Positions 60,961 to 64,000 of a stretch of 64,000 bases of DNA are shown one piece after another (within the stretch, counting starts at the first letter, position 1; every line of letters starts with the position of its first letter). The notes under the pieces are model-generated. The model was given only the letters and a program-made list of their open reading frames with translations. It was not told the origin of the DNA and made no database searches. The DNA comes from an uncultured Candidatus Rokubacteria bacterium (lineage in GTDB: Bacteria > Methylomirabilota > Methylomirabilia > Rokubacteriales > CSP1-6): positions 832,001 through 896,000 of the forward strand of contig CAVWFS010000019.1 of NCBI GenBank assembly GCA_963754315.1. The letters are read 5' to 3'. The position numbers were made by a program, and so were the translations under genes.

Positions 60961-62148
60961 ATGAGGAGGCACGCTCGTTCCCTGCTGTTCGGGGGTCTGT
61001 TGCTCGGCAGCCTTATGATAGCGGTCGCGCGGATCGAAGGTGAGAGTGCTTCGCCGCCCGCATCATTCGTTCTCCCGAAGCCGATCGACATTCCGAACGG
61101 GCTGTTCGTGGCACTGGAGCGGCCAGACATCGGTCGGGGGGTGGCGGGTGAAACAAAGCACGTCACCTGGGCCCACAACCCTGTGGACGGGCGGCTGTAC
61201 CAGATGGGGGGGGATTTCAGCGGGCCGGTGGGGGGGTCCTCGTACCGGCAAGACATGTACTCGGTGTCGATTGCGGAGCGGTGGGCGAGCCGGAACGACC
61301 GGAACGCGGGCTGGCGGCAGGAGTACCCGTACTGTGGGCCGGAGGGGGGGCGGCAGCCGAAGTCGCCCGACTATGTGGGGTGGACGTGGGACACGAAGCG
61401 GCGAGTGTTCTGGAACGTGCCGGGCACGTTTGTGATCCCGGCAGCGGTGGTGTGCCCGGGCGTCACGTCCAGTTGGGCGGACGATCCGCCGAAGTATCTC
61501 TTCAACCACCTGATGACCTTCGATCCGTTCGAGCCGGATCTGACGAAGCGCTGGAAGGACGTGGGGACCAACATTGGGCCGACCCCGGTGGACACGTGGA
61601 TGAGCGTGTACGACGCAGGGACCGATAGTCTCGTTCGTTTCGGGTGGGATGGCGGCCGCGGGGCGATGGTGAACGTCTACGACATCGCGAAGGGCCGGTG
61701 GGCGGAGAAGCCCCTCGGACGGAATGCTCTCGGGCAGGACATCCGGATCTGGAAGGAGATGCTGGCGCCGGACTGGGGGCAGCGAGTGATCTACGCGATC
61801 GATGGGCTCGCGGGGCGGCTGCATCGCTACCAGGTGGACGGGCGGACGATCGAGGACTTGGGGGCGGTGCCGGGGGGCCCGATCGCCTATGCGGCCAACA
61901 ATGATGCCTACGCGGTGTGGGATAGTCTGCACCGAGTGCTGTTCTTTTTCCGGATGGACACGAGCATGCTGCACGTCTATCACCCGACTCGAAAGACCTG
62001 GGAGACCCCGCCGATGGCCACCGATCCCCCAGCGCTCAAACCCCACGTCCGCCACGGGTTGGTGTTCGACTCATATCAGAACGTGCTAGTATTTCTCGGA
62101 ACCACTGATACGTCGAATCTATATCTATACTTGTATCGCTACCGCTGA
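60961..62148 (+). CDS. Secreted family-B protein without the C-terminal module
   Basis: Signal peptide; highly similar to 32960-34110; ends at YLYRYR. Confidence 0.82.
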   Translation: MRRHARSLLFGGLLLGSLMIAVARIEGESASPPASFVLPKPIDIPNGLFVALERPDIGRGVAGETKHVTWAHNPVDGRLYQMGGDFSGPVGGSSYRQDMYSVSIAERWASRNDRNAGWRQEYPYCGPEGGRQPKSPDYVGWTWDTKRRVFWNVPGTFVIPAAVVCPGVTSSWADDPPKYLFNHLMTFDPFEPDLTKRWKDVGTNIGPTPVDTWMSVYDAGTDSLVRFGWDGGRGAMVNVYDIAKGRWAEKPLGRNALGQDIRIWKEMLAPDWGQRVIYAIDGLAGRLHRYQVDGRTIEDLGAVPGGPIAYAANNDAYAVWDSLHRVLFFFRMDTSMLHVYHPTRKTWETPPMATDPPALKPHVRHGLVFDSYQNVLVFLGTTDTSNLYLYLYRYR

Positions 62149-62244
62149 CTGCCTCGGTCAGCCCCCCGCGGGCGAGCGTCGCCTCAGCCTGGAGTCGCGT
62201 CTCGGATCAGGATGTCAGCCAGTGTACCTGCTCGAGGCTGAAGA

Positions 62245-64000
62245 TCACTCGTGCAGTTCGAAGGCACCAACATCGGCGGCTCCGCTGCGCGGAACGTCCA
62301 CGAAGTCATCGGCAGGTCGCCAGGGCTCAGGCCCGCTCCCCGCCGCGTCGATCAACGGACTGTTCGGAGCTGGCCAGAGGACGTAGGGCGGCGGCGGCAT
62401 GGCTTGAACAAAGCACCCCGTCGTCGGTCCGCATGTGATGTTCCCCAGGATGGTGCCGGCCGGCGAGCTCGGCCAGAGATCCGGAGTCCCCACCAGGGGC
62501 CGAATGGCGTTGAAGGCGATGACGTTGCCGCTCTGGTTGCCCCACCCCGCTACATTGATGCCGGAGTCGCTGTTGTCGAGTACCGTGTTGTGCACAATCC
62601 ACACGTTCTTCTGCAAATTTCGACGCCCATAGTTCTGGGCGCTGATCCCCCCGAAGGCATTTCCGACTAAAACATTGTTCCACACGATGGCGGGGCCGCC
62701 CCCTACCACGATCCCGCCTTCCTCCAGCGACCCCTCCACGTAATTCTTCTCGATAACACTGGGCGGATCGCCTCGGTTGGAGCCGTACACCATGATACCT
62801 GGTCCCTTCGTTCGGGAAATTGTGTTGCCCCGCACCGTGCCGTAGGAGTTCAGCTTGATCTGTAGGCCGTACCCGATGCCGTTCGAGGTGACCCCGTTGA
62901 TCACGTTGTTCTCGACGAGCAGCTCCGTCACGTGACAACTCGTGCCGTCGTGGCACCCGAAGTACAGCCCAGTCTGATTCAAGTCCTTGAAGAGGTTCTC
63001 GCGCACCGTGAGTCGGTGGCTATCCTGCGTGTTGGCACTGATGGCAATGCCCCCGATACCCTCGAATGTGTTCCGTTCGATCACGATATCGTGGGCGCTC
63101 CAGATCCTGATGGCATCCACGTCCTCCTGAGTCGGTGCAAACGCAAAACCCCGAATGTACAGATACCCCGCGCCCCGGAGCTCTAGGACGTTATGATTCG
63201 ATCCCGCGTAGGCGAAGGTCGCCCGCGAGGAGTTTCCCTCGTCCTGAGATCGCATCACGATTGGCGCCGCCGCCGTGCCCACCGCCGTGATCCAACACGG
63301 ACTGGTGTAGGAGCCGGCCACGAAGACGATCTCGGTACCGGGCTGCGCCTTGTTGAGGATGTTGCACCATGGATCCGCCGCGCCAACCTTGATTGTCGTG
63401 CCCGACTGAGCGATCGTGGCACTCGCCGTGTTGGAGTACGGACCGAGATTGGCGGCCGCATCGGTGGCCCGCACCCGGTAGCTGTAGCTGGTGCCCGCCG
63501 TACGCCCCGTGTCACTGTAGACGGTCCCGCTCGGCGTGGCCACCTGAGCGAAACTGCTGCAGCCCGCGCCCTGGCACCGCTCCACCAGGTAACCCGTCAC
63601 CTCAACGTTGTCCGTGGCCGCCGTCCAGCTGAGGTTGATCTCGCTGGCGCTGGCCACCGTGGCGCCCAGGTTCGTGGGCGCCGTAGGCGTCATCGTGTCA
63701 GCGATCGTGGGCGCCGTGGGCGTCGTCGTGTCAGCGATCGTGGCACTCGCCGTGTTGGAGTACGGACCGAGATTGGCGGCCGCATCGATGGCCCGCACCC
63801 GGTAGCTGTAGCTGGTGCCCGCCGTACGCCCCGTGTCACTGTAGATGGTCCCGCTCGGCGTGGCCACCTGAGCGAAACTGCTGCAGCCCGTGCCCTCGCA
63901 CCGCTCCACCCGGTAACCCGTCACCCCAACGTTATCCGTGGCCGCCGTCCAGCTGAGGTTGATCTCGCTGGCGCTGGCCACCGTGGCGCCCAGGTTCGTG
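62245..64000 (-). CDS. 5'-partial protein with at least 2 FN3 domains plus a family-C beta-helix domain
   Basis: INLSWTAATDN..VTGY.VERC...YSYRVRA repeats; YFGCHDG, GYGLQIKLNS, TKGPGIMVYG as in 34527. Confidence 0.88.
   Translation of the reverse strand, partial: TNLGATVASASEINLSWTAATDNVGVTGYRVERCEGTGCSSFAQVATPSGTIYSDTGRTAGTSYSYRVRAIDAAANLGPYSNTASATIADTTTPTAPTIADTMTPTAPTNLGATVASASEINLSWTAATDNVEVTGYLVERCQGAGCSSFAQVATPSGTVYSDTGRTAGTSYSYRVRATDAAANLGPYSNTASATIAQSGTTIKVGAADPWCNILNKAQPGTEIVFVAGSYTSPCWITAVGTAAAPIVMRSQDEGNSSRATFAYAGSNHNVLELRGAGYLYIRGFAFAPTQEDVDAIRIWSAHDIVIERNTFEGIGGIAISANTQDSHRLTVRENLFKDLNQTGLYFGCHDGTSCHVTELLVENNVINGVTSNGIGYGLQIKLNSYGTVRGNTISRTKGPGIMVYGSNRGDPPSVIEKNYVEGSLEEGGIVVGGGPAIVWNNVLVGNAFGGISAQNYGRRNLQKNVWIVHNTVLDNSDSGINVAGWGNQSGNVIAFNAIRPLVGTPDLWPSSPAGTILGNITCGPTTGCFVQAMPPPPYVLWPAPNSPLIDAAGSGPEPWRPADDFVDVPRSGAADVGAFELHE
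63409..64000. repeat. Near-identical FN3-coding direct repeats (324-bp period) plus a 33-bp linker duplication
   Basis: 63409-63676 closely matches 63733-64000; linker TIADTTTPTAP/TIADTMTPTAP. Confidence 0.9.

Noticed and set aside
30263..62148. Diversity-generating retroelement explaining the paralogous repeats
   Set aside because: No reverse transcriptase in the window; both copies are coding, and the differences do not appear restricted to adenines.

Overview
High-GC bacterial window. The gene complement and a REP-like hairpin suggest Candidatus Rokubacteria/Methylomirabilota, but this is inference only. 1-20.5 kb is housekeeping and metabolic: vapBC, a CitE-like CoA lyase, two LLM oxidoreductases, an acyl-CoA dehydrogenase and a carboxyltransferase, a NYN protein, tRNA-Leu(TAG)-tig-clpP-clpX-rsmI, a lipoprotein paired with an Lnb/papain-like protein, and the hopanoid C-3 methylase HpnR. 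20.5-64 kb is a large exosortase (XrtA/PEP-CTERM-type) surface-glycan locus: PrsT-like TPR lipoprotein, OPX plus beta-barrel, priming sugar transferase, Wzc, two deacetylases, WecB, FemAB, GNAT, three AsnB-like proteins, two GT4s, O-ligase, methyltransferase, PrsK, exosortase and PrsR. It has two near-consensus sigma54 promoters and IS21/IS256 debris. Most notable: (i) three secreted-protein families each occur twice, once on each side of the glycan genes, and an uncharacterised 133-aa C-terminal module (79% identical) is grafted onto two unrelated passengers whose paralogs lack it, while no PEP-CTERM tail occurs in the window; (ii) the two sigma54 activators have complementary defects (PrsR has a phospho-Asp but broken GAFTGA/Walker B; the other has an intact ATPase but a pseudo-receiver); (iii) EpsI survives only as a degraded half and PrsK has lost most of its membrane sensor. 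Several single-base frameshifts look like long-read errors. All family assignments come from motif recognition by eye; no searches were run.
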